NCBI GenBank assembly: GCA_030390025.1
Contig: CM059432.1
Location: forward strand, 83,578,001 to 83,642,000
Length of the DNA: 64,000 nucleotides
Source of the DNA: Squalus acanthias
Taxonomy: Eukaryota
Direction: 5' to 3'
The translations under genes were made by a program, and so were the position numbers. The notes beneath the pieces were generated by a model, which was not told the DNA's origin, ran no database searches, and saw only the letters and a program-made list of their open reading frames with translations. Below, in pieces: positions 1 through 12,188 of this stretch. How positions within the stretch are numbered: the first letter of the stretch is position 1; every line of letters starts with the position of its first letter.

Positions 1-425
1 TAGAGTGGCACGTCAGTGGAGTGCTGAGTATTGCATTGTTAAAGGTGCCGTCTCTCAGATGAGATGTTAAACTAAGGTCCCATCTGCCTGCTTAGGTGGT
101 GGTAGAAAACCCTGTGCTGCTATTCGAAGAAGAGCTGGGTATTGTGACCCTCTTAACCAATGCCACCAAAGCAGATTATCTGGCTATTTATTCATTTGCT
201 GTTTCTCCTACCTTGTTGTATGCTAGCTTTTGCATTGTGTCAAATTTTGTCTGGTTACACTCCCGTGAAGTGCCTTGTGATGTTTTACTACATTAAAAGC
301 GCTATATAAATGCAAGTTGTTGTTGTTGCTTTTGCCTACTTAACAGCAGTTCTTGCATTTTGAAAGTAACCCGTCGCTTAGTGCTTTGGGACATCATGTG
401 GATGTTGAGGAAACTGTATTGTAAT
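1..425 (+). mobile_element. Decayed Deu-domain-type SINE (SacSINE1/AmnSINE1-like), interrupted by an L2 3' end
   Basis: 1-205 resembles the Deu-SINE core (GGTGCCGTCT..CAGATGAGATGTTAAAC..GAAGAAGAGC..CAGATTATCTGG); a SINE-like tail resumes at ~329-425. Recognised from memory of the consensus, not by alignment. Confidence 0.55.
237..328 (+). mobile_element. L2 LINE 3' terminus with (TTG)n tail
   Basis: Matches the reverse complement of the L2 3' end at 7946-8040 (GTGTCAAAT..TTACACTCC.GTGAAG..CTATATAAAT.CAAGTTGTTGTTG). Confidence 0.8.
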
Positions 426-964
426 ATTACGCTGACAATTGTATTACAGAATTGTATGACTTCAACTAAAAAGTAAAGAGTGTTGTGAGAACAAGTGAAT
501 TTGATTGAGATTCATTACTCCACTCAGTATAGCAAGACCGAGAGATAGGGAAGTGAAAATACCTACATGCCACAAATTAGAACATTTCCAGGAGTCTCAT
601 AGCTGCAGGGTCAAAGGAAGCTTCAATGCCAGAACCATGAGATAATGTCTAGGATCTAAGTTAAAACTGATACCTGAAATATGCTCATTCCTCTCCAACT
701 CCACTTCCCAGCATACATGGATCCAAATGGCAAGGGAGTTTAGTCTGGTAGGAGTAAAATAAGTTCTATCCAAGATTGTAAGGGGGGAATTTTTCAGAGG
801 GTCAGCGGGTGCGTTCGGTGGCGGGTCGGGTGGGAAATTTTTTTTTTGATTGGGTCAGGACCCCACTGTCAACCTGCGCCTTTCTGAGATGTCGGGTCTG
901 TCAGCGCTGAACAGACCCGACATGCAGTGGCGGGGGAGGCAATTCAGGTCATTATGACCTTATT

Positions 965-2986
965 AACATAAGAACATAAGACATAGGACGTAGGAGCAGG
1001 AGTAGGTCATTTGGCCCCTCGAGTCTGCTCCGCCATTCAATAAGATCATGGCTGATCTGATCTGGGCCTCAACTCCACTTCCTGCCCGCTCCCCATAAGC
1101 CTTGACTCTGGGGAAGAGAATTCCAAAGATTCACGACCCTCTCAGAGAAGAAATTCCTCCTCATTTCTTTTTTAAATGGGTGCCCCCTTATTCTGAAATT
1201 ATGCCCCCTAGTTCTAGATTCCCCCACGAGGGGAAACATCCTCTCTGCATCTACCCTATCAAGCCCCTTCAGAATCTTATATGTTTCAATAAGATCCCCT
1301 CTCATTCTTCTAAACTCCAATGAGTATTGGTCCAATCTGCTCAACCTTTCTTCATAAGACAACCCCTTCATCTCCGGAATCAACCTTGTGAACCTTCTCT
1401 GAACTGCCTCCAATGCATGTATATCCTTCCTTAAATAAGGAGACCAAAACTGTACGCAGTACTCCAGGTGTGGTCTCACCAACACCTTGTACAGTTGTAA
1501 CAGGACTTCCCTACTTTTATACTCCATTCCCTTTGCAATAAAGGCCAACATTCCATTTGCCTTCCTAATTACTTGCTGTACCTGCATGGTAACTTTTTGT
1601 GATTCATGTACAAGGACCCCCAGATCACTCTGTACCTCAGCATTTTGTAATCTCTCCCCATTTAAATAACAATTTGCTTTTTTACTTTTCCTACCAAAGT
1701 GGATAACCTCGCATTTTCCCACATTATACTCCATCTGCCAGAATTTTGCCCACTCACTTAGCCTATCTATAGCCCTTTGGAGATTCTTTGTGTCCTCCAC
1801 ACAATTTGCTTTCCCACCTATTTTTGTATCATCAGCAAATTTGGCTACATTACACTCGGTCCCTTCATCCAAGTCATTAATATAGATTGTAAATAGTTGA
1901 GGCCCCAGCACTGATCCCTGCAGTACCCCACTGGTTACAGTTTGACAACCTGAAAATGACCCATTTATCCCGACTCTCTGTTTTCTGTTAGTTAGCCAAT
2001 CCTCTATCCATGCTAATACATTACCCCCAACCCCGTGAGCTCTTATCTTGTACAGTAACCTTATCGAATGCCTTCTGGAAATCCAAATACACGACATCTA
2101 CTGGATCCCCCTTATCCACCCTGCTCGTTACATCCTCAAAGAACTCCAGCAAATTTGTCAAGCTTGATTTCCCTTTCATAAAACCATGCTGACTCTGCTT
2201 GACTGTATTATGATTTTCTAAATGTCCTGCTACCACTTCCTTAATGATGGACTCCAGCATTTTCCCAATGACAGATGTTAGGCTAACTGGTCTATAGTTG
2301 CCTGCTTTCTGTCTCCCTCCTTTCTTAAATAGGGGCGTTACATTTGCAGTTTTCCAGTCCGCTGGGACCTCTCCAGAATCCAGGGAATTTTGGTAGATTA
2401 CAACCAATGCATCCACTATCTCTGCAGCCACCTCTTTTAGGACCCGAGGATGCAGGCCATCGAGTCCAGGGGACTTGTCCACCTTTAGTCCCATTAGTTT
2501 GCCTAGTACTTTTTCTCTAGTGATAGTGATTGTTTTAAGTTCCCCCCCCAACCCCAATAGCCCCTTGATTATCCATTATTGGGATGCTTTTAGTGTCTTC
2601 TACCCGTGAAGACCAATACAAAATATTTGTTCAAAGTCTCCGCCATTTCCCTGTTTCCCATTATTAAGTCGCCAGACTCATCCTCTAGGGAACCAACGTT
2701 TACTTTAGCTACTCTCTTCCTTTTTATATACCTGTAGAAGCTCTTACTATCTGTTTGTATATTTCTTACTAGCTTACTCTCATAAGCCATCTTCCCTCTC
2801 TTTATCATTTTTTTAATCGTCCTTTGCTGGTTTTTAAAAATATCCCAATCCTCTGGCCTTCCACTATTCTTCGCAACATTGTATGCCTTTGTTTTCAATT
2901 TGATACCATCCTTTACTTCCTTAGTTAGCCACGGATGGTTCATCCTTCTCAGAGTCTTTCTTTTTCACTGGAATATATCTTTGCTG
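965..2986 (-). mobile_element. 5'-truncated CR1-clade LINE nested in the Harbinger derivative
   Basis: (TTCTTATG/TCCTA)-like 3' tail at 965-990. RT motifs KSPGLDG, GNYRPVSLTS, LDFQKAFDKV, QGSVLGP, KFADD, RPHLEYC. Possible TATT TSD. Confidence 0.95.
1069..2943 (-). pseudogene. CR1 ORF2 (RT) remnant, frameshifted into three ORFs
   Basis: ORFs 2590-2943, 2021-2557 and 1069-2097 are consecutive pieces of one RT in different frames. Confidence 0.92.
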
Positions 2987-5037
2987 TATTTTGAGCACAC
3001 CTTTACATTTTACAAGGTCGCCCACAGGGTCCACACTGCTCGGGGATCATGTCAGGTAAGGAGGTCGGGGGTTGTATGACCATGGAATCATCTCATTACT
3101 TGACAGCTGCAAATGTGCTATAAAAGCTCCCATCTCACATCTGTTCACTTTCCAAGCTCAGAAGCTGTTGCTCACTGCATTTGGAAGACAGATTGAGCTT
3201 TATGCAGGTTGCAAGTGTTTGGAGTAAACGCTCTATCCAGTGTCACCTCATTGGAACAACCTCTTTCACCATTGACAGATTGCTTCTGCCATCTCAAGTT
3301 TACCTGCCATCTATTAGATTTGCATCGGTGCCCTTGAAACTATCTCACCTTGGTCCTCAGAATCCCACCATGATCAGCCCCAACACCAGGGGCACCAGGC
3401 AGACCAGCAGCACCAACAACAACACCAACCTTCTCTGCAATCAGCTGGTGCTGCACAGGACACAGGGCATCATCACCTGACCACATTGCTGGCTGGGAGG
3501 CCAGGGATGGCCTCACCATAACCAGATTTACTTCACTTGATGCTGTACACCCTGGCTGCCACATGATGCGCCAGGTTGGCACCACCCCACACCAACACCA
3601 TAAAGTATTCTTACAATGCCCAAGCCATTCCTTTCACACTCACCACCATTGTGGGGGGTACTGTTATGTCTCACCATTCACTCCAATTCACTAAGCCACT
3701 TCCAAAGGCGCACACAGATAAGTCCAAGAACGCAAAGTGTTGAAAATAAAGGTTTCAATGTTTGACACCACGTTAACAGAAACTTTACATGAACATTGCA
3801 TAAAACAGTCTTGTGTATTGTTAGTTGGTATGATTGGACTAGGATGAGGGTGAGTGTGAGGGGTGGCTAGTGAGATGGGGATGTGATAATGTAGATAGCG
3901 AGGTGCAAGGTAAGTTGGTATGAGTAAGGATGTGCAGGAGTAGGGAAGGGAAGGCAGAGTGATGTGAATGTGATGAGTGGCACAGCAGGATGCGGTTAAG
4001 TGTGGCTTTGTACTAACGTTTCGTGATCTACTGAAATCATTGAAAGGTTTGCGCCACTGCAGCCTGGTCCTCCTGACGACATCCCTGCTTGTGCCCTCCT
4101 ATGCAATGTGCAACCAGGCTGCGTTGGTCTGCTGCTTCTGCTCGTCAGTGTTTGCATCACCTCAATGCTGTAGAACAATGACAGCACAACTGTCAAAATC
4201 AATTTGCGCATGGTCCCTTTAAGGAAACTGGCTGATGACGCGTCATCAAATGATGTCATCAGACCCGCTTCCTTCAATTGGCCGGCAAACTCGCTGGGCA
4301 GGCTTAACAAGCCCAATCAGGGGAAAATCATTTTCGACAGTGGGCTGGAGCCAGCAGCGGAGTCAGGACCCGCCACTGACTCCACCCGCCACGGACCTGC
4401 CGAGGTTGGGGAAATTGCGGCCTAAGATCCTGATGGCAGTTGTACATAATGACCCTGTAAAGAACCATCCATATGTCTTCCCACTCCTCTGAATCTTGTG
4501 CAGACTAAATGGAATAAAATATAGAAACTATGGCCTAGAAATTCAGCCGTTTAACACCATTCATTACCGCCATAATTGGTGGCGGACAAATGGTGGTGGC
4601 CGCTCATCCGCCAGCTGGCGGCAGGTCCCGCGACGGCCCTCATTTTGGGATGGCTGGCAGCGCTGCCGATAGAAGCGATCGCTGAAATGATTGAGATTAA
4701 GCATATTGTGACGTCAGTGAGTGTGCAACGATCACTTGACGCCGGATCTGCGACACCGGATTTCGCCGCTGCACTTACCGGCATGCCTTAACAATGACAA
4801 GCTGAGCAAGCGTTGAGAAGCAGGAAGGAGGCTCCCGCTGTGGTATTTAAAGGGATCATCAGCAATCACTTGCACCTGACATGGTTATGCAGTTTGACTG
4901 GCTCTGTGCTACTTTCTGCAACTCCACCAGTGTTATTGACTTTGTTCAAGGTTCTAAAGTAACAGGGAATATTGTAGAAGTGCAGAATGCCTTCATTATC
5001 TTTTAAAGGCTTCTGCTCACAACACTTGCTCACAGTC

Positions 5038-5962
5038 ATGGGGGCTGTACTGGCAGTCGACCTCGCGCTCCAGGATCTTTGGCAGAGGGAGCAGAGGCAG
5101 CGAAGAAGAGGAGAAGATGCTCGCAGAGGGAGGAGGATGAGGGCCAGGAGGGTTCTCAACAGGAGGCCTTACCCAACTAGGGTCTTCTGAGAGCACTTCT
5201 CCTACCTCCACTTAAGCGATTAGTAGTGTATTAGGAGGCTATGCTTCACCAAGGAGCTGGTCACAGAACGCTGCCGCCTGCTGGAACCAGACCTGTAGCC
5301 TGAGAGCTGGGCGACCACAGCTTTCCCAGTGGCAGTCCAGGTCACCGTGACCCTCAATTTCTTTGCCAGCAGATCCTTCCAATCTGCAGTGAACTGTGAG
5401 ATGTTAGCTGTGTCTCCTGAGCAGAGCGCAGGACAAGCTTTGCCAAGATAACGGGCTTCCCCATGGTGGGCGGTGCGCATAACAATCCTGAGATCCTCCG
5501 TAACCGCAAAGGCTACCACTCATTTAATGTGCAGTTGGTGTGTGACCATGCACAGCGATTCTTCAATGTCAATGCCCACCCTCCTAGCAGCAGCTATGAT
5601 GCCTTCATTCTGCATCAGCAATCTTCCAGCCACCACAGCAAACTCGAGGGTGGCAGCTCGGACACCTGGCTCATGACTCCCCTCCGCAAATCCACCACTC
5701 ATGCCCAGCACTCATATAATGGTTCCACCAGGAACATCATCGAGCAGACAATTGGGCTACTGGCGGAGCAGATGCCCATTTTGTGGTGGTCTGCTGCATG
5801 CTTCACAACTTGGCCATCATAAGGGCGCAGCCCTTGCCACCAGGGATTGCAGCACCATCTCAGAAGGAGGAAGAGGAAGAGGAGGAAGGGAGGAGGCAGG
5901 CAGCCAATCTCCCTTCCAGACGGGTTGTCCATGAATGGCTCATCAGACTCCGATTCCAATGA
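5038..5962 (+). pseudogene. Harbinger transposase remnant (HARBI1-like DDE)
   Basis: MGAVLAVDLALQDL..RRPYPTRVF; NRKGYHSFNVQLVCD; WLMTP; TRNIIEQTIG. Has stops, frameshifts and internal deletions. Confidence 0.88.
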
Positions 5963-6139
5963 ATGAAACCCCAAGTCTCTGTTGCTCACCACATTCCCAT
6001 CATACCATCCCTCTGTCATGTAATATCACAGAGTCGTCCTGGGCACAAAGCTGAAATGAGAGACACCACAAATGACTCCAAACAAAATTAATAAATTTAT
6101 CAAAAATCAGTGAACACATATTTACAGGAAAAATATTAA

Positions 6140-7197
6140 CTAATCACCCCTGTGCAATCCCTTAGTGCCTGTCGTTCGGGTGCCCTTTCCTGATCTAGTG
6201 CTCCTACGGAGTGCACCCCAAGTGGCTGCAGAATGGCTGGTGGAAGGCTGCTCAGTTTCCGTGCGGGAGACTTCAGATGGCCTTGGAGAATGACCCCGAG
6301 AAGGCCCAGCTGTAGACTGCACCACCTCAGCATGGGGCGGCAGCAGTCTAGGCTGGCTGGCTGATAGGCAGCGGCAAGCACAATGCCGGAGTGGCAGTGG
6401 TGGCATCTAGAATGCTGTCGTCTTGAGAGAGGATAGCAGGGTCTTGCTCCACTGACCCACTGCCACTCCCCCGGGGCGATGCCTTAGCATTCCTAGCAAT
6501 CTGATGGAGCACAGATTGATGGGATGCTTCGACACCCTGGAAGCCTCGGTCAACGGTGGGAAACCCAGCCATGATGGCAACAGTCAGAGCTTGGGTGGCA
6601 TTAAGCTGAGACTGTATGAGAGCAGTCTGAGTTTCCACTGCATTGGGTCGCTTTCGCCTGTGCTGCAACGGAAGCTGCGACATCGCCCATCATGTGCACC
6701 ATCACGTCTGGGTCGGCATGGTCTCTTTGGGAGAGTACCATCATTTCCAGGCTGGAAATCCTGGGCCCCAAGCTCTGTGCAGAGTCCCGTGCATTGTTGG
6801 AGGCGAACACCTCTATGCTCCTTGACATTACTGAGATGCTCTCTGGCAGGCTTGCCATTGCAATTATAAATTCAGTGTGCCTGCCCATCACCCTTCTTCT
6901 GAAGGCCGCCTCATCAAGTTCCTCATTTGAGTTCTGTGCAACAGAACTCGTGCGCAAGCTCGCCCTCTGGGGAGCTGGCCCCGAGCTACCCTTCCCTTTG
7001 GCCTCGCTGCAGCCCACTTGTGCCCAGTGCCTCACCCTGTGCAGATCCCGCTACTACACTAGCCTCTAAAGTATGTGCAGTGCCAGTTTCTGAGCTGGTG
7101 TCTGCGAGTGACAGATGCAGTGGCGTGGTGTCTTCTTCCTCCTCTTCTTCTCACCCCTCGCTCTTGGGGACAGGCTGCTCCAGTGCTTGTTGATTAA
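6140..7197 (-). pseudogene. Last exon of the Harbinger Myb/SANT partner gene; upstream exons not recognisable
   Basis: Acceptor TGCTTTCAG at 7198-7206 matches that at 49027-49035. ORFs 6601-7035, 6348-6683 and 6140-6406 match 49036-50015 (AFRRRVMG, SQRDHADPD, GSGSGSVEQ, RPSEVSRT). Confidence 0.8.
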
Positions 7198-7945
7198 CTG
7201 AAAGCAGAAAGGCACAAGAGTCGGGTTATGGTGAGGTCAGGGGGAAGCAAAATATGTGTACGGCGAAGGCTCCCTGCCACTTTAGGGGTAGAGTACAGCC
7301 CGCTTCCTCTCCATGGCCACAATGTGTGCCTTCAGAGCTTCATCAGAGAACCTCCTGGCTCTCTCCCTGTTACGACGATCTGTCATTGCTTTCGAGTTTG
7401 CGTTTGTGCTCATTGGGCAGCATAGTTGCAACTGCCCTGACAGTAAGGTACTGCAGTGTCAATCCACCTCCCCTTTAAGTAGCAGAAAAAACCTGTGGCA
7501 CACGTGACTGTGAATTAGACTGGCCCCAATATTGGTCCACCTGTTGAGCGTTAAGCCAATGAGCAGCAGTTTTAGCACTGTAATCATGACTATAATCATG
7601 TTAATGAGGAGTGAGCATGAATTTTGCATGCTACCTAGACCATTTTGAGGTGGCGCAGCTGAACATTGTTTGGCCTTAACACTGCCCATTACGTGGCAAT
7701 ATCCAATTTCTAGGCCAACGATAGGAAACGGTAAAGGGATCCCTGTGCTAAAATAGGACATACCAGAAATATTGGACTTGACAAGCAATGGTGAATCTGA
7801 ACATAATGCTATTTCCCCAATTTCACAAATGAGACTGTTTTTGAAGACAGTCTTAGGAACAGACAACCTTATCTTCCAAAGCTTTTCCTGTCACTTATCG
7901 TACCAGAATGGAATTCTTGTGCACTCCATGGGATGAGAGAACAGA

Positions 7946-9732
7946 CAACAACAACAACTTGTATTTATATAGCACCTTTAACGTAGTAAAACGTCCCAAG
8001 GTGCTTCACAGGAGTGTAATAAGACAAAACATTTGACACCAAGAAGAAATTAGGGCAGGTGACCAAAAGCTTGGTCAAAGAGGTAGGTATTAAGGAGCGT
8101 CTTAAAGGAGGAAAGAGAGGTAAAGAGGCGGAGAGGTTTAGGCAGGGAATTCCAGAGCTTAGGGCTTAGGCAACAGAAGGCACGGCCACCAATGGTTGAG
8201 TGAATATAATCAGGGATGCTCAAGAGGTCAGAATTAGAGGAATGCAGATATTTCGGGGGGTTGTGGGGCTGAAAGAGATTACAGAGATAGGGAGGGGCGA
8301 GGCCATGGAGGGATTTGAAAACAAGGATGAGAATTTTGAAATCGAGGCGTTGCTTAACTGGGAGCGAATGTAGGTCAGCGAGCACAGGGGTGATGGGCGA
8401 ACGGGACTTGGTGCGAGTTAGGACATGGGCAGCCGAGTTTTGGATGACCTCAAGTTTACGTAGGGTAGAACAAGAGTCAAGAGTGTGTTGGAATAGTCAA
8501 GTCTAGAGGTAAAAAAGACATGGATGAGGGTTTCAGCAGCGGATGAGCTGAGGCAAGGGCAGAGACTGGTGATGTTACAAAGGTGGAAATAGGCGGTTTT
8601 AGTTATGCTGCAGGTATGTGGTCGGAAGCTCATTTTAGGGTCAAATATGTCACCAAGGTTGCGAACAATGTGGTTCAGCCTCAAACAGATGTTAGGGAGA
8701 GGGATGGAGTCAGTGGCTAGGGAATGGAGTTTGTGGCGGGGACCGAAAACAATGGCTTTGGTCTTTCCACTATTTAATTGGAGAAAATTTCTGCTCATCC
8801 AGAACTGGATGTCGGACAAGCAGTCTGACAATTTAGAGACTGTGAAGGGGCCGTGAGAAGTTGTAGTGAGGTAGAGCTGGGTGTCATCAGTGTATATGTG
8901 GAAATTGATGCTGTGTTTTTGGATAATGTCGCCAAGGGGCAACATGTGGATGAGAAATAGGAGGGGGCCAAGGATAGATCCTTGGGGGACACCAGAGGTA
9001 ACAATGCGGGAGCGGGAAGAGAAGCCATTGCAGGTGATTCTCTGGCTACGATTGGATAGATAAGAATGGAACCAGGTGACTGCAGTCCCACCCAGCAGGA
9101 CAACGGTGGAGAGGCGTTGGAGAAGGTTGGAGTGGTCAACCGTGTCAAAGGCTGCAGATATGTCAAGAAGGATGAGGAGGAATAGTTTACCTTTGTCATA
9201 GTCACAAAGGATGTCATTTGTGACTTTGATGAGAGCTGTTTCGGTACTGTAGCAGGGTGGAAACCTGGAGTAAACATGGAGTAGCGGGAAAGATGGGCAT
9301 GGATTTGGGAGGCGACAACACGTTCAGGGGCTTTGGAGAGGAAAGGGAGGTTGAAGATGGGGCGGTAGTTTGCAAGGGCGGCGGGGTCAAGGGTTGGTTT
9401 TTTGAGGAGAGGGGTGATGACGGCAGATTTGAGGGAGAGGGGGACAGTACCTGAGGAGAGAGAACTGTTAACAATGTCAGCTAACTTGGGAGCTAGAAAA
9501 GGAAGTTGGGTGGTCAGCAGTTTAGTCGGAATAGGGTCGAGGGAGCAATAAGTGGGTCTCATGGACAAGATGAGCGCAGAGAGATCATGAGGGGAAATCG
9601 GAGAGAAACTGGAGAAAGATGTGAGCTCAGGGCTAGGGCAGGGGGGAACCTTAGAAGAAGTTTGGCCCAGTGGGCTAGGGGAAGGAAGGGAAGTGGCAGA
9701 GGCAGCTGAACTGATGGTTTCAATCTTAGAGG
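7946..9732 (-). mobile_element. 5'-truncated L2-clade LINE with frameshifted RT
   Basis: CSLDPIPTKLL, KPTLDPAALANYRPI, FHIYTDDTQLY, SRLDYSN, GRAF..PKLWNSLP; (TTG)n tail at 7946-7960. Confidence 0.92.
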
Positions 9733-10739
9733 CATGACTTGAACCAGAGTGCAGACTCAGGAAAAGGAGCCAAGATATTGGCATACATCACTAACTGTGG
9801 AATCTCACAAACAATCAGATGGGATCTGACTGGAGATGCGGAGGTGGAATGATGGATCAGTGAATAAGAGAGTTTTTTTAATATGTAGGGATAAGCGGCA
9901 CTCCTGCTTTAGAACGTTAACTCTTCTTAATAGAGACAAAGGAAGGATTGACCATCTGACATAGTCTTCATGAATAGCAAACGTATCAGGAAAAACGGTC
10001 TGATACAAGAGCTTCAGGTCACATGTGACCTCCACTCCTGAATATTTTAGAGCCTAGAGGTTCACTGAAATAGGAACAAAGTCTGAACATTTGATGAACT
10101 CAAATCCACAGACTCAGTCTTGGTATAACTCTGACAGGGCTTCAACCTATTTGATGCAAACAATTATATTCAGGATGGACACATAGACTGTAATTTTCCC
10201 ACTGCGGTGTGCGGAATTGGAGGCAGGTCGGGAGTAAAAGTTGAAATAAATCGGAGCGGGTCGGGAACCCGGCGTTATCCCACCTCCTCACGCCTTTTAC
10301 TCAGACGCGTTTGCCAGCGCGGCCGTGACCCAGCGTGGCCCGAACGGCAGAGGTGGCCAACCTAATTTAAATAATTATTAGGTTGTTGTCAGACCCTTAA
10401 GTGTCTTTTTAACCCTACCTTTGGAATTTCACTGCATGACCATGGGAATCATGCAGCTCGGGAACATCTGTGAACCTGAGGTGAAAATTCAGTGGCCATT
10501 GATGTAACTCATTACTGCATAGCATGGAAAGCACAATAAATACTCCCACCTGATACCTGCTTTCTTTCCTAAGGCAGATGTTGTTGCTGCGTGCATTGTC
10601 AGCGCAGATTTAGGTTTCTGGAGTTTGGAAGTGTTTTCAGCAAATTCAGGAACCACTTTCACCTCATTGCTGCAACCTATCACACCATTGACAAATTACT
10701 TCCCTCATCTCTAATTGACTTGCCATCTATTACATCAGT

Positions 10740-12101
10740 ATGGGTGCTGTTTATACTGTCAAACCTTGGTCCTCAGAATTGGACCATGATGAGCACCGAC
10801 ACTAGCAGCAGCAGGCACACCATCAGCAGCAACAACAACACCAGCAACCTTCTCCTCAACGACTTGATGCTCCACAGGAGAGAAGGCATCAGCATGGGGC
10901 TGCACTACGCTGGAGGCGATACCCCTAACACAGGGTATACAGGCAGAGGATGAGCTTCCTCAACATGACGGAGCAGCAGTGCCAAAGGAGGCTCAGGCTA
11001 TCGTACCAGGTCGTCATAGACATTTGCAGCTTATTGGAGCAAGACCTGAAGCCCAGAGGAACGGGTGGAAACGCCTTATCAGTGGCTGTCAAAGCCACCA
11101 GCGCACTCAACTTCTTGGCCTCAGGCTCCTTCCAGGGATCTGCAGCAGACATTTGCGGCATCTCGCATTCGGCCGCTCACAGATGCATCACACATGTCAC
11201 CGATGCCATGTTTGACAAGTCAGCCAATTATATCAACTTTGCTAGTGTTACTGAGTGGGCGCTCGGCTTTGCTACTCTGGCTGGCTTCCCACAGGTGCAG
11301 GACGTCATCAACTGCACACACGTAGCCATAAAGGCACCACATCATCACCCAGGAGTTTTTGTGAACCGCAAGGGCTTCCACTCCCTTAATGTGCAGCTCG
11401 TCTGCAAGCATAGGAAGATCATCATGCATGTGTGCGCCAAATTCCCTGGCAGCTGCCATGACTCTTTTGTCCTTCGCCAGTCCACCTTCCCTCAACTCTT
11501 CGCACCTCCAAACAGACTTTCTGGCTGGCTGCTTGGAGACAAGGGCTATCCACTGAAGACGTGGCTCATGACACCCTTGAGGAGGCCAAGTACTGAGGCC
11601 AAGGAGAGATATAAGGAAAGCCACATGTCCACCAGATGTGTCATAGAGCAGACAATAGGCATGCTGAAAATGCACTTCAGATGCCTTGACAGATCTGGAG
11701 GAGCCCTTCAGTACGCACCATCCAGGGTCTCCAGTATCGTCGTGGTCTGCTGTGCCCTGGAAAAGATAGCGCAGCAGCGAGGATTAGCGCTGCATGAGGC
11801 GCAAGGCGCTGAGTGCACAGCCTTTTCAGAGGAGGAGGAGGAACATCAGCTGGAAGATGAGGAGGAGGAGCAGGAGGAACCTGCGGACCAGATTTCACCA
11901 GTCCCTGAGCACATTGCTGCCCAGGAGGCCAGGTTGGCACCACCCCCCAGCAACACCATAAAGCATTCCTACAATGACCAAGCCATTCCTTTCACACTGA
12001 CCACCATTGCTGGAGGTAACGTTACTTCTGACCATTCACTCCAACTCGTTAAGTCACTTCCAAAGTTACAGACAAAATTGGCCATGACCGGAAAGTGGTG
12101 A
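10740..12101 (+). pseudogene. Harbinger transposase (HARBI1-like), inactivated
   Basis: Likely true start ATG 10740 (MGAVYT.., Gln/His-rich), in frame with the 383-aa ORF at 10950 but with two stops between. Motifs [27 protein letters not shown]; first catalytic Asp reads Asn (INCTH vs IDCTH in the 51102 copy). Confidence 0.92.
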
Positions 12102-12188
12102 AAATAAGTAGTTTTACCTGTGACATCACAGTAATGGAAGCTTAACACAAACAGTTATTAAAACACCTAAGTGCTTACCCTTGTGCAT

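Larger units (their letters stand above)
782..4422 (+). mobile_element. Non-autonomous PIF/Harbinger deletion derivative (~1.6 kb without the nested CR1)
   Basis: Termini GGGGGGAATTT / AAATTGCGGCC with TAA on both sides (779-781, 4423-4425). 2990-4422 is homologous to pieces of 10186-14342 and, inverted, to 45860-47630. Confidence 0.85.
4532..7716 (+). mobile_element. Decayed two-gene PIF/Harbinger transposon (family B)
   Basis: Perfect 12-bp TIR GGCCTAGAAATT / AATTTCTAGGCC. Convergent transposase and partner-gene remnants are homologous to 47759-51595. Flanking triplets (TAT/AAC) do not match. Confidence 0.88.

Noticed and set aside
10950..12101. Domesticated host HARBI1 gene
   Set aside because: Sits within TIRs and a TSD next to a decayed Myb partner, with upstream stops and a D-to-N catalytic change.
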